44,390 bases of DNA from Basidiobolus meristosporus CBS 931.73 (Eukaryota; Fungi; Basidiobolomycota). The position numbers and the translations under genes were made by a program. Positions 9,949 to 21,918 of the stretch are shown here, piece by piece. The notes beneath the pieces are model-generated. The model was not told the origin of the DNA and ran no database searches. It worked only from the letters and a program-made list of their open reading frames with translations. Position 1 is the stretch's first letter, and each line of letters begins with the position of its first letter. Where the stretch lies: positions 1-44,390 of the forward strand of contig MCFE01000696.1 in NCBI GenBank assembly GCA_002104905.1, given 5' to 3'.

Positions 9949-12900
9949 ATGTACTCTGATTCTGACGATAGTCTGTTCGATCTCTCAGATGGAGATACGT
10001 TCGAACCGATTCGTCCAAAGGTACGTATGTCGCACGGATGTGCTCCCTATTGCAAGCATTACTAATTCTCAGCCATTGGTTCGAAGACTGCGAGGAAAGC
10101 ACCAGCATCCAAAGCTGCTGCCTCCAAACCAGCAAAGCCAGCCGCCACCAAGGCCGCTTCCAAAACCACCACATCCAAGGCACCCGCCAAGCGAGCAGTC
10201 AAAGGGAAAGCTGTTAGCTCAGCCACCCCCACCGAGTCAGACGATGACTCGGCCATTGTCAGCGCCAGCTCAAGCAGCACACAATCATCCACCGGAAAGA
10301 AGACAATCGAGCAGATTTACCAAAAGAAGACTCAGCTCGAGCATATTCTGCTTCGTCCCGACTCTTACATCGGGTCAGTTGAGCATTTCAAGCAGCGCAT
10401 GTGGGTGTTTGATTCCAATCAAGAGCGCATGGTGAACCGAGAAATCGAAATCGTGCCTGGACTGTATAAAATTGTGGACGAGCTGTTGGTAAACGCTGCT
10501 GACAACAAGATCCGCGATCCCACCATGAGTACCATCCGAGTGAATATCGATGTTGAAACCTCAACCATCTCTGTGTACAATGACGGTCGCGGAATCCCTA
10601 TAGAGATCCATAAGGAGGAGGGTGTCTATGTTCCGGAGCTCATTTTCGGCCATCTCCTCACTTCTTCCAATTATGACGATAATGACAAGAAGGTGGTGGG
10701 TGGTAGAAACGGATATGGTGCCAAGCTGTGCAACATATTCAGTACCGAGTTCATTGTCGAGACTGCAGACAAGACTTCTGGAAAGAAGTACAAGCAGGTG
10801 TTCCGTGACAACATGACAGTCAAAGAAAAGCCGATCATCACTGCCAACACCAGGAAAGAAGAATACACCAAGATCACCTTCAAGCCGGATTTGGAGAAGT
10901 TCTCGATGGATCATATCGATTCAGATCTTGAAGCCCTACTGAAGAAGCGTGTCTATGATATTGCCGGGTGCATTAAAGGAAGCAAGACGATGAAGGTGTT
11001 CCTTAATGACGAGCGCATCAAGGTCAACACCTTTGAAAAATACATCAACTTGTATGTCGATCCTGAGGAACAACACTCCATCATAATCGACAAAAACAAT
11101 GAGCGCTGGGAGGTTGGCTTCGTGGTGAGCGAAGATCAATTCCAGCAGGTCAGTTTCGTAAACAGCATTGCCACCACCAAAGGAGGAACCCACGTTGCAT
11201 ATATCACTGATCAAATTGTTGCCAAACTGACGGACCATCTCAAGAAACCGTCGCAAAAAGTCTCCTCCATCAAACCCTCCCACATCAAGAATCACCTTTG
11301 GGTTTTCATCAACTGTTTGATCGAGAACCCCTCCTTCGACTCTCAAACCAAGGAGAATATGACCCTGAGAGCCAAGGCATTCGGGTCGGATTGCCAGCTC
11401 TCAGACAAATTCCTCAACAGCATCATCAAGGAGTCTGGGGTCGTCGAAAACATCACAAACTTCATCAAAATCAAAGAGGATCAGTCCCTCAAGAAAACCG
11501 ATGGCCAGAAGAGATCGAGAATCACCGGGATCGTGAAACTCGAAGATGCCAACAAAGCCGGAACGAAGGATTCGGAGAAATGTACATTGATCCTCACTGA
11601 AGGTGATTCAGCCAAACAGCTTGTTCTCGCTGGTCTCAGTGTGGTTGGACGTGACCACTACGGAGTGTTTCCTTTGCGAGGAAAGCTCCTGAACGTTCGC
11701 GATGCTTCCCATTCTCAAATCATGAACAACGTTGAGATTAACCACATCAAGCGCATTTTGGGGCTTCAACACGCCAAAACCTATACAAACACCAAGGGGC
11801 TTCGATACGGCCACCTTATGATCATGACGGATCAGGTTAGTGTTCTTGATCATACTACGGATTGTCCGAATACTGAGCTGAGCATTGTGAATTAGGATCA
11901 TGATGGATCCCACATCAAGGGGCTGCTGATCAATTTCTTAGACCACTTCTTCCCATCACTGCTCAAGGTCCCGGGCTTTTTGGTCGAATTCATCACTCCT
12001 ATCGTCAAGTGCACCAAGGGAAACAAAGTGGTGTCTTTCTTCACAATGCCCGAGTATTACGCGTGGAAAGAAACCAACGATAACGGCAAGGGGTGGAAAG
12101 TGAAGTACTATAAGGTATTTGGCTGGAGAATTGCTGCCTGACTGATGCATGCATCTAATCACCTCTACGCCCCACAGGGTTTGAGTACAAGTGACCGAAA
12201 CGACGCCAAGCAATACTTCAGCAACCTGGAGATTCACAGGAAATTCTTCGAAGAATGCAAGACGGAAGACAGCAAGCTAATCGATTTGGCCTTCAACAAG
12301 AAGAAGGCCGATGATCGTAAGCACTGGATGAGCCAGTTTAAGGTATTTGAAATGCTCCCTTGGAACGGCAGAGTACGCCTTGGACTGACCCATCTAATCT
12401 AGATCGGCACCTACATGGATCACTCCGTCGACAAAATCGCCATTTCCGACTTCGTCAACAAAGAATTGATTCTGTTCTCGCTGTCGGACAACGTCAGATC
12501 CATCCCCTCCATCGTTGATGGCTTCAAGCCAGGCCAGAGAAAGGTGCTGTATACATGTCTCAAGTACAATGTCGTTAAAGACATCAAGGTCTTCCAGCTG
12601 ATCGGAATGGTGGCCGAAAAATCTGCTTACCATCACGGTGATGCCAGTTTAGGCAACAACATCATCGGGTTGGCACAACATTTTGTTGGTAGCAACAACA
12701 TAAACGTCCTTTTCCCCGCCGGTATGTTCGGCTCTCGTGAGCAGGGCGGCAAGAACGCCGGAGCCCCCCGTTATATCGAAACCTACCTGTGCCCCATCGC
12801 CAGATCCATCTTCCATGGCGATGATGATCCTATCCTCAACTATCAAAACGAGGATGGCCAAATCATCGAGCCTGATTGGTACATGCCTGTTGTTCCGATG

Positions 12901-14598
12901 GTTTTGATCAACGGTGCAGAGGGCATTGGAACTGGTTGGAGTACCTTCATTCCAAATTACAACCCAGTCGACATTGTTGACAACCTTAGACGGTTAATGA
13001 ACGGCGAACGACTAGTCAAGATGACTCCTTGGTACAGAGGATTCCAGGGAGAAATTGAGCCACTTGGCGAAAACAAGTACCAAGTTACTGGAGTCATCAA
13101 CCAAGTGGATGAAAGAACTGTGGAGATTACTGAGCTGCCGATTCGTGTCTGGACCCTGAATTATAAGACCCAAATTGAGGCTTGGATGACCGACAAGGAT
13201 GGTTTTATTGAGGAATACCAAAATAACAGTGGCGATCTTTCGGTAAGCTTCCGCGTGACCCTAACCGAAAAGGGAATGAAGAGCGCCAAGGAGGAAGGTC
13301 TATTGAAGAAGTTCAAGCTTGTATCGACCATCACCACCACAAACATGGTTTGCTTCGACAAAGAGGGCCGCATCAAGAAGTATGACTCTGCTGAGGAAAT
13401 ATTGGAAACCTTCTATCATATCCGATTATCTTATTATCAGAAGCGTAAGGAGTACATGGCCGATCAGTTGACTCAAGATTGGACCAAGATCGACAATCGG
13501 GTTCGCTTCATTCTGGAGATCATCGAAGGCAAACTGGTAGTTCAAAACCGCAAGAAGAACGACATCCTCAAGGATTTGAAAACTCGCGGATATGCACCTT
13601 TCTTCAAGAACGCTGAAAAGGCCGCTAACACTGAAGAAGAGGATGGCGAACCTGAGAAAGATCACGGGTTCGATTATCTTTTGTCTATGCCTATTTGGAA
13701 CTTGACCACTGAAAAGGTGGACAAGTTGATCAAAGAGCGAGATCTCAAGGAGAGCGAATTGACCGCCCTGCTTTCCTTGACGGCGAAGGATTTATGGAAC
13801 AGAGATCTAGATGCCTTCCTTGAGCAATGGGATAAAATGCAAGAGGAGGATTATGAAATCTTCCATCCCACCAATGCCCAAAGCCAAACAACATCCCGCA
13901 AGCCCAGAGCCCGTAAAGCCATTGGCGCAGTGAAAAAGCAACCAGTTGATGAGATGGACTTCGAGCTAGGAAATCTGAAAGCAGAGCATCAAGAAGTGAA
14001 GGCAGAGGAGCCTGCGAAACCAACCATTGCTAAGCGTGCTCCCGCCAAGGGACGTAAAAAGCCGGTAATCAAGGAAGAGGATGATGAGGATTTCGACTTC
14101 TCCACAACGAATGTAACAGCCGAATCGAGCCGTGCACCCGCTAAGAAGCCCGTTGCCACCAAATTGTCAGCGATAGACTCCATTCTCGATGGAATCCTTT
14201 CGGATAGTGACGAGGAATTGAAAATGCTACTTTCGAACAACACCAGCAAATTCCAAACCATGAAGGACAAGGCTCGGTCCAATCCGACCAACATTCCTGG
14301 CGTCAAAGGACCCGACTCACCCGCTTACAAAAAGAAACGAGTACTAGTTAAGCGACAAGCACATAGCGTTGACGAATTGGCAGACTCCCTCTCGGATGTG
14401 AACTTGGAGGAACCCACCGCTGATTCACAACCAAAACTACTCAAGAAGGTACTGGAACAAGAAAATACCAAGGCGGTACGAGGAAAGCGAAGTGTGCGTG
14501 CGGTGGCCACAAAGAGAGTGACAAGATACATTGAATCAAGCGAGGAAGACGACAGTGATGGCGGGTTCCATGACAGCAACTCCGATTTCTCAGAATGA
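9949..14598 (+). CDS. TOP2: DNA topoisomerase II (type IIA)
   Basis: Exons approx. 9949-10024, 10073-11835, 11896-12114, 12178-12342, 12403-14598. Motifs: EHILLRPDSYIGS, ATPase ELLVNAAD and GGRNGYGAKL, TOPRIM LTEGDSA, PLRGK, IMTDQDHDG, YHHG, catalytic PRY, and a K/E-rich C-terminal tail. The first exon is my reconstruction (donor GTATGT at 10025). Confidence 0.97.
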
Positions 14599-15714
14599 TA
14601 ATGTACTATAAGTTAGCTATTGTACTTGAACCAAGTACTCGTGTATAATCATCGTGTGATATATCCTATCTTCATAGAAATTTCATGCCATTGCACTTTT
14701 GAAATCTGGTTGGAACATATTGTGACTGCATATAATAATAAAATGTCTCCTGTTTTAGTAAAGATGACGTTAAGTTTACAAAATTCGTTAAGATTATGTG
14801 GTATGAAAAGCTGAGGGCACCTCGAGTGGTACAGGCGAGACCACTCTTCGGCGGAGAAAGCGTTCCCGGATTGGTTCGATCATACAGCATGGACCAATTG
14901 TTACACCTGTGAGCCTGATTCCTCGGGTTTCACTGTTTAATTCTAAAACCAACTCTTCCCATCCTTCCGCTTAGGGTAGGAGGAGGACAGTCTGATCATA
15001 CCATCATTATGATATCATAAGTGTGATTCATGTCACTCTCAGGATGTATGATGTCATATTACCCTTTATGGCCCTATCTCTCTTACGGTTCAACTCCGTC
15101 GGTTTGAGAATTTTTCATAGCCCGACATCGATGGTATAGTAATGTAAACAAGCCAAAAATATACACTGGCAGTTATAAACTGGAAAAACTATATGTCAAA
15201 ACGAGGATCCTCGTTACCCTGTAGTTGCTACAGCTACATCAATCTCTTGTTTTTGTCGAATTTTCTTCAATGGCAGGAATATTCCACGCTAACCTAATGC
15301 CGTGCCATCGATTCATAATCTGGTTGAATAGTAGGAGGTGGTGGTTATGTTAGTCCCGCTTAATCCTGGGCTTGTTTCATCGCACGTAGCAGGGATGATG
15401 GAAATGACGTAATGATGACATAGACGGATGCCTGTATTTGCTCATCCGAAGGATGTTGAACCGCCTCCTCAGATCCCCAGTTCACTTCATTGGATGATGA
15501 TATAAATCTCAATAAATATACTACAATTAGTGCATTACTGGATCATCGTAATTGGCAAGTGCACACTCGGATCAACATCCATGTAGGACAGAAAAAAATA
15601 TAAATATCAGGGCTCGAGTCCATCCAAATTCAACTTATTCCTCATCCACCACAGCACATCACCTTTGTACTCACTCAACCTCACCAAACGGTGTATAAAT
15701 CCACTTCTCCACAA

Positions 15715-16200
15715 ATGCTCCAAGTCGATCAAGCTGCTCAGGCCAGGTGGATTGCGAATAGTATTCCTCAGGGGATACACACCGATATTCCAATCCGAGT
15801 TTTTAGGCTTGAACATAAGCAACCCAAAAGCGAAACCAAAAGATTGTCAGTCAAAACATCCAAACATTGCAGACGGCTAGTCCATTGTCACATTTGTAAG
15901 CGGGCCTTCTATCGTTATGATAACTTGACCCGCCACCTCCGCACTCATACGGGTGAAAGACCACATGAGTGTACAGTTACGGGGTGCGCTAAGAAGTTCG
16001 CCAGAACTGACCAATTAGCAAGACACATGCGCACACATATGCATGGGAGGGAAAAATCCCAATCATGTTCCAATTCCGATCGATCCGATTCTGATGGAGA
16101 GTACGGTTCCCATTCCGGCTCTGAACGATCATTATCACCAACGACTTTCGATAACCCCAGCCCATCTTTGATGAGTTTACAATTTCTGCTCAACGAATAG
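15715..16200 (+). CDS. Two-finger C2H2 zinc-finger transcription factor (CreA/Mig1/Nrg1-like fold)
   Basis: CHICKRAFYRYDNLTRHLRTH-TGERPH-ECTVTGCAKKFARTDQLARHMRTH, ending SLQFLLNE. First in-frame ATG is 15715. The frame is open from 15604 and there is an acceptor-like CAG at about 15610, so an upstream exon is possible. Confidence 0.85.
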   Translation: MLQVDQAAQARWIANSIPQGIHTDIPIRVFRLEHKQPKSETKRLSVKTSKHCRRLVHCHICKRAFYRYDNLTRHLRTHTGERPHECTVTGCAKKFARTDQLARHMRTHMHGREKSQSCSNSDRSDSDGEYGSHSGSERSLSPTTFDNPSPSLMSLQFLLNE

Positions 16201-17646
16201 GCTGTGTATTTCTAAATTCCCTAACCGGCTGGTCGCAACAACATTATAGATATGAACTTTTGTACATATATTTATATAAATACATCTTGTACCATCATCA
16301 ATAAATCCTATGTATCAAAGAGTCCGTCTCGCAGAACCCCAGGTGCAGTTTCATATTCTGGCCCTCTCGCTCCACATAAAAGCTGCTTCCAGATCGTACA
16401 TCATGAACCATGATGTAAACGTATATGATGATGTCAATTACGTCATGTCACAGCTTCCATTTTAAGTGTCGTATAGTAAAATCAGAGGTGTGAGCGCCTT
16501 TAACCAATCAACAACTTCACTTGACCTAGCACGTCAATATGGGTATAAAAGTTCCTGACCTAATGCCGATTCCTAACTAACTAAAAAGGGCTGAGAATGA
16601 CATCATAATGACGACTTCCATCTATTTTCAGTTACTTTCATGAGACATGTTAGGGACTACCTTGACCCTGTTGTAAGATATATTTGATATGGATCTTATT
16701 GAGCATGTAAATGGCAAATGGTGCGTGAGCTAACTTTCTACAGTTAGTTTTGTTCGCACAAATGAGTTGATAGGGAGGTGTAGGATTGATGTAATTGACT
16801 TAATTTGTGATCTGACATACACTCTACTAGTACTTAATGGGATGATGGGTATTTTGGATATACCTTGTTCAGAATGCCGTCATCAAATCACTCTTGCGGA
16901 AATTAAGCTCCCCACGCTAACTTCTAGTAAGCCTGTTCATTATTTGGTCACTACCAGTGCACGAAAGTTACTATAGCCGGGATCACCAATTAATACCGTA
17001 TCTTATCTTCATTCCATTTTCGAGAGAGGATCTTGTTTCTCTGGGCTGTGAACACTCGGCAATGCTCCCAAATCAAGATAAAGTTTGATCCCGGGGTTTA
17101 ATTAGGCAAATAGGTGATGAGTATTGAGGCATGGAGACACGATACCAACGTATTTAGAATGAAAATTACGCTAAATGTCTACACAGAGTGGTCGATCAAT
17201 AACAAACTTGATCGCATTACTCCATCCGCATCTTTAATGATGTTCGTTCTAATGCCAGGTAGGCACTAAATTGATCTCCATGTGAAATACCTGACAACAC
17301 CAAGAACGTTTTCGGATACATCCCCTCCCCTGAATTCTGGTACCACTTCTGGTTATCAAGGGAATCATCAGTAAACAGATGTTAGTCCCGAGCCTTAATA
17401 CTATACGGACTCACATTATGAGCTCATAAACTGGATTTCAGGTCAGCATGTACTGTCTTACAGCCTCATCTGAAGACTTGAAGATTACTTCATCTAGATC
17501 GTACATCAGTCGCCAAGTGATGCTAAACTTGCTAATATCTAATATATGATTAGGTATTTAAGAATAGATCGATATAGTAAGCACCATGGCATCATTCTTG
17601 CAAACTAGTTTAATCTCTAATAACAACTCGTACAAGGTACTTTGCT

Positions 17647-18347
17647 TTAGCATACGGACCAGGTAATGGGAACTCGTCCATCACGCTGGTCCGCGATTTG
17701 ATTGAATGCTGCTGGACTGATATCGATATCCCCTTCTTTACACCTTGGACACACATCGACCACGATGACCTGGACGGTGCCTTTCGGGCCGTACACATTA
17801 AGGCATACGCCACATGCTGGGCTATCTCTCGGTCTAGGGAAGATTCCAAATTGTGCAGGACTCTGATTATTATATTTAGTAAAGTTAGGCATGGCCGATT
17901 CAACCGAAGGTTTAGAAAGACAGTTACCAACGCAGCCACTAATTCGTCAGCTCTTGAGACGACTTCACAGGCGCCCAACCCTGGGTCGTAATACGTGGCT
18001 TCCCCTTGGTCAAAAGGTGGTATACTCATGGAGTTGATTCGGAGATCCTCAAACACGGTGTTCATAAACAGTTGAAGCAGGACGATGCACAACAAGATGG
18101 TCAACACCAAAATCAGATGAGGGTTCTTCCAAGACGGAATTCTCCCTTTACCAATGTACCACGAACGGTATTCTTCGGAGGTCTCAAAGGACCATCGGAA
18201 GGTTCGGAAATGCTCCGCTTCGTGTTCTGCCCTCCCTTCCGAAGGGTGCTTTTCTGGTATGGCGGTTGGCGTACCCGCTTCGAGTTTTTCCACCTCACTG
18301 TCATTCTCCTCGGTGTGTACCAAGAGGTTTGGAGCAGACTGGCTCAT
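17647..18347 (-). CDS. RlpA-like double-psi beta-barrel (expansin/loosenin-like) protein with N-terminal transmembrane anchor
   Basis: Exons 18347-17928 and 17862-17647 (intron GTAACT...CAG, 65 nt). TM segment LILVLTILLCIVLLQLFM, then GEATYYDPGLGAC, VAAL, ACGVC, VVDVCPRC, DIDISPAAF, VPITW, typical of the DPBB family. Confidence 0.85.
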
Positions 18348-18665
18348 GGGGGAGGGGGGTTTCGCTGGTGGTGTGGGGAATAGTAATATGAGTTAAGGAG
18401 TTGCAGTGGATTTGAGAACATAATCCCTCAGTGTTCAAGGCCTCGTTTTATTGCATTTTACTTATCACACCACCTTCACGCCTGCAGGTAATGCACGCGT
18501 CTCCCTGAGTTCCCCACATCTCCAAGGAAATGTCCGAAATCCAGTTGGATCACGTGAAAATCTGGGAATTGCCCTCAAGTCGGCGCTCGACAGTTCTATC
18601 AAAGGTCTAATGCATGATTTTTACAGAATTTACTCAAGAATGACAACAAGCTACTGGGTAAGGTA

Positions 18666-19829
18666 TTAGTTGGTCAAGGAGTAATGAGTTTCTGAGCAAG
18701 CACGGAGGCGCTCAGCGGCCTGTTCAGCAGTAATGTCACGTTGTGGTTCGCCCAACATCTCGAATCTAGTCAATAGAGCATGGTGAGTGGATTGAGGAGA
18801 AAGAAACCGCATCGAATATTAGTCTACGTACCCAACCAAAAATTTCCTAACAGTGGCTGAGCGTAGGAGCGGTGGATAGAAATGCAGATGTAGATGGCAG
18901 TCTTCCGAATGGTCCTGGTTGTCTACTGGTGCCTGGTGAATTCCCATGGAGTAGGGGAAAGAGCACTCGAACAGATTGTCGTATCTACAGGTGATTCTAC
19001 GGATGATATCAGCTAAATCCACTCTTTGGCTTTCATTCAAATCAGGAATCTTGGAGACATGCTGTTTGGAAACTACCAAAGCCTCATAAGGCCAAACTGC
19101 CCAAAATGGTGTAACACACAGGAAGCTATCATTTTCGCATACGACTCGGGCCTTAGCCTTGCACTCGATGGAGGTATAGTCGCACAGCAAGCAACTGTGA
19201 TTCTCTTCGCGATAAGCCTTAAAGGCACGGATCTCCTTACTGGGCTCTTCAGGGACATCTTCCAAGGACCAGATCTGTCCGTGGGGATGCGGGTTGGAGC
19301 AACCCATAGCACTCCCTTTGTTCTCAAACATTTGCACATAATTCACGTACTCTTTGGCACCAAGCTTTTGGTAAAGATCGGCCCATGTATCCACCACTTG
19401 TTTGATCTCGGGCACAGTCATTTCCGCGAGGGTAACGTTGTGTTTAGGCGTGAAGCAAACCACATGGCAATTGCCACGCACGCCGCGTACCTGGAATAGC
19501 TTTTTGGCTTTCTCGTCCATCTCCCCGAGACCAAGTTGATCAACGGAGGCCTCCTCATTGTAGTCTGGCTGCTCCTCCAGCACCGCAGGGTAGTCGTTGG
19601 GAAATACGTAAGTGGACTTATAGTCGGGATTCGAGGTATCGTTCACTGCACGCTTGTTACGGGGGCAAAGATAGCAATCCGGCAGATACTCCGGACGTAC
19701 TTCCTTGTTTACAGTCTCTTTTTGACCCAACCAAGGCCTCTTTGCGCGGTGTGGTGAGCAGAGAACCCAAGAGCGGGTTAGTGGGTTATAGCGACGATGG
19801 GGGTGCTCAGTAAAATCAAAGGAAGACAT
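18666..19829 (-). CDS. GAL7: Galactose-1-phosphate uridylyltransferase
   Basis: [24 protein letters not shown] zinc site, active site [20 protein letters not shown]. Intron 18831-18766; last exon ends LTN-stop at 18666. Confidence 0.96.
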
Positions 19830-20228
19830 TCTTGTCGAGTCCCGGCCTACGCTTAATGCTTTTAAATTCGAGCCGATCCAATAACCAAGGAACCCATATC
19901 GAACGTGAGATTGCATCCTCCACCACCAGCCAATCATGCCCTGGGGTTCTTATCAACATTCGCAATCTCGAAGTGCGTCAGTTGGTAAAAGGAAATCCAA
20001 GACACCCTTAATTCGCACAGTGTAATATAGGATAAGTAGCAATTATTTCCGCATTTGTACCGGTGGATCTGGAAGAGGCCGGTTTTCTCTCCTTCGCCAG
20101 TAGATTGTCGTGGCTTACGGGGAGTTGGTGATGGCTTTGAAGCAATACCCCCAGGAACTCTCTGATGCTCACTACATGAATATTTACATGTTTGAGGCGA
20201 TTTTATTGCATGTTGTCTAAATACACCA

Positions 20229-21467
20229 TCAGAGCATCTTGTAGAGTCTGTATATGACTATGCACAGCACAACGGTGATCCACTTTTCCGTTCCGAACAC
20301 GTACCACAGGACTCCTGCTGCCTTGGTGAGTACCTTACCGAGGCTCTGCTTGGATCTCCAGTATGGATCGATAGACGGCCACGTTATGTGAGATAAATCG
20401 AGTGGCGCCGATCTGGCCTCGACCTCGTAGAGTCCCACCACGGGTTTGTGATCGGAAATGGTGGCGGGTGCATATGATGAGTAGTAAAGTGTGGTTATGG
20501 GCGAAGTCGCTACCTTCTCGCTCGACAATTCCGTATTGTAATCTCCGGGGTCGAAGTAGAGGATTCGATCGCACCAAGATGGTATTCTAGCTTTCCATTT
20601 ATATTCTTGGCTTCCAACATTGAATTTGTACGTAGGGGGGAAGTCCAGAGGATGGCCCTCGGTGAACCCTCGCACCGTTCTGCCCTCTTTCTTTTCAAAC
20701 GTAAGCTCGTCGTATTGACGTAGGGAGATCAGGTCGCCTTCGTTGATCAGTGAAAGGATGGTCTTGGTGATGTCTGGTTTGGATATCTCCTTGGTATTGT
20801 ATTTGACTCGGTAGTTCAAATCCCCAAACAAGAAGACGTGGTCAAATTCATGGAATGTGCGAAAGTCCGTAGCTTCTACAGAATCTGGGTGTTTGGGGAA
20901 CACTAGACGTTCAGCCAGGTGTTTGAAGTCGATGTTTCGTCTCCAGGCGTACCCTTCGTGTGCAGAGAAGTGGGCACAAACGAAGCAAAACGTTCCCTCT
21001 GGCTCTCCAATGGACTTCGGGGTGATGCGAAACGAAACCCCCAGTGCACCTTTATTTTGTATGAATAGTGGCCCGCTTCCCTCATGGTTACTAGATAGCT
21101 CAGAAACCTGGTTGTGAAGCGTGCTCTTAACAAACACCATCAGGGCCAAGCCTACCACTTGTTCAACAAAAACTCTTCTATAACTAGTGTTCCGATACTC
21201 CTTCTCAGTATGGTCACCCAGAATTTCGCCTAGCTTTCCGAGTGTCTGCTCAATTAGCCCTTCTACATAGTTTAGTCTTGTTTCATCTTTCCGGATGAAG
21301 GCTTGTGGATAAGTGGAAAATTCTTGAAAGCCGACGGCGACGATGTCAGGCAATACCTTCGCGTGTTCTTTAAAAGGGCTCGCTAACCAATCACTAATCT
21401 GTTCGTTCAGATTCTGTTGATAAACATTGAAGGTTCCCACCAACACATGAAACTTTGAGGCCTCCAT
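20229..21467 (-). CDS. Inositol polyphosphate 5-phosphatase with C-terminal hydrophobic tail (Inp54-like)
   Basis: Intronless 412-aa ORF with GTFNV, VGFQE, NKGALG, CAHFSAH, FGDLNYR, PPTYKF, PSWCDRIL and SDHKPV (the 5-phosphatase signature), and a hydrophobic C-terminus WITVVLCIVIYRLYKML. Confidence 0.9.
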   Translation of the reverse strand: MEASKFHVLVGTFNVYQQNLNEQISDWLASPFKEHAKVLPDIVAVGFQEFSTYPQAFIRKDETRLNYVEGLIEQTLGKLGEILGDHTEKEYRNTSYRRVFVEQVVGLALMVFVKSTLHNQVSELSSNHEGSGPLFIQNKGALGVSFRITPKSIGEPEGTFCFVCAHFSAHEGYAWRRNIDFKHLAERLVFPKHPDSVEATDFRTFHEFDHVFLFGDLNYRVKYNTKEISKPDITKTILSLINEGDLISLRQYDELTFEKKEGRTVRGFTEGHPLDFPPTYKFNVGSQEYKWKARIPSWCDRILYFDPGDYNTELSSEKVATSPITTLYYSSYAPATISDHKPVVGLYEVEARSAPLDLSHITWPSIDPYWRSKQSLGKVLTKAAGVLWYVFGTEKWITVVLCIVIYRLYKML

Positions 21468-21918
21468 CTACTCTGCAAGTGTCTAGAAGCAAGGAGTGTG
21501 CTATGGCAGTATCTAAATCTCATCCATCATGATGGTGTGACTGATATTGATATCCAACACATATTACATCAGATTAAATCCGTAGATGTTTTGAGCGCTT
21601 CCAGCCGACATGGTACGTCATACGTGCTGAACATATCGATCATTTCAACGCGTAATTTTTTGGAGATTCTTTTGCCCCCAAGTGACAAACCCAGAAATTA
21701 GGCGTGATTGGATTAGATTTTCTATCACGGTTATCTTAAGCTGCGAACCTTAGGACTTGAATAAGGGAATTTTCTATCGTCGACTAGTAATCCCTCGGCT
21801 AGTGTACTAACGAACATTTAGGTACTGCCATGAGCTGCGCTTGTTAACATGTTGCCCGTGTTTACTGAAATGTTTACCTCCTATAGGTGATTTCCGTATA
21901 TACACAACTCTCTACCTC

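Noticed and set aside
9949-10320. A/K/P-rich N-terminal extension of Top2
   Set aside because: Disordered N-terminal extensions are common in fungal Top2, so this is not novel.
19830-19937. In-frame upstream ATG extending GAL7 by 36 aa
   Set aside because: Homology starts at MSSFDF. The W-rich extension does not look like a targeting peptide and probably lies upstream of the transcription start; this cannot be tested here.
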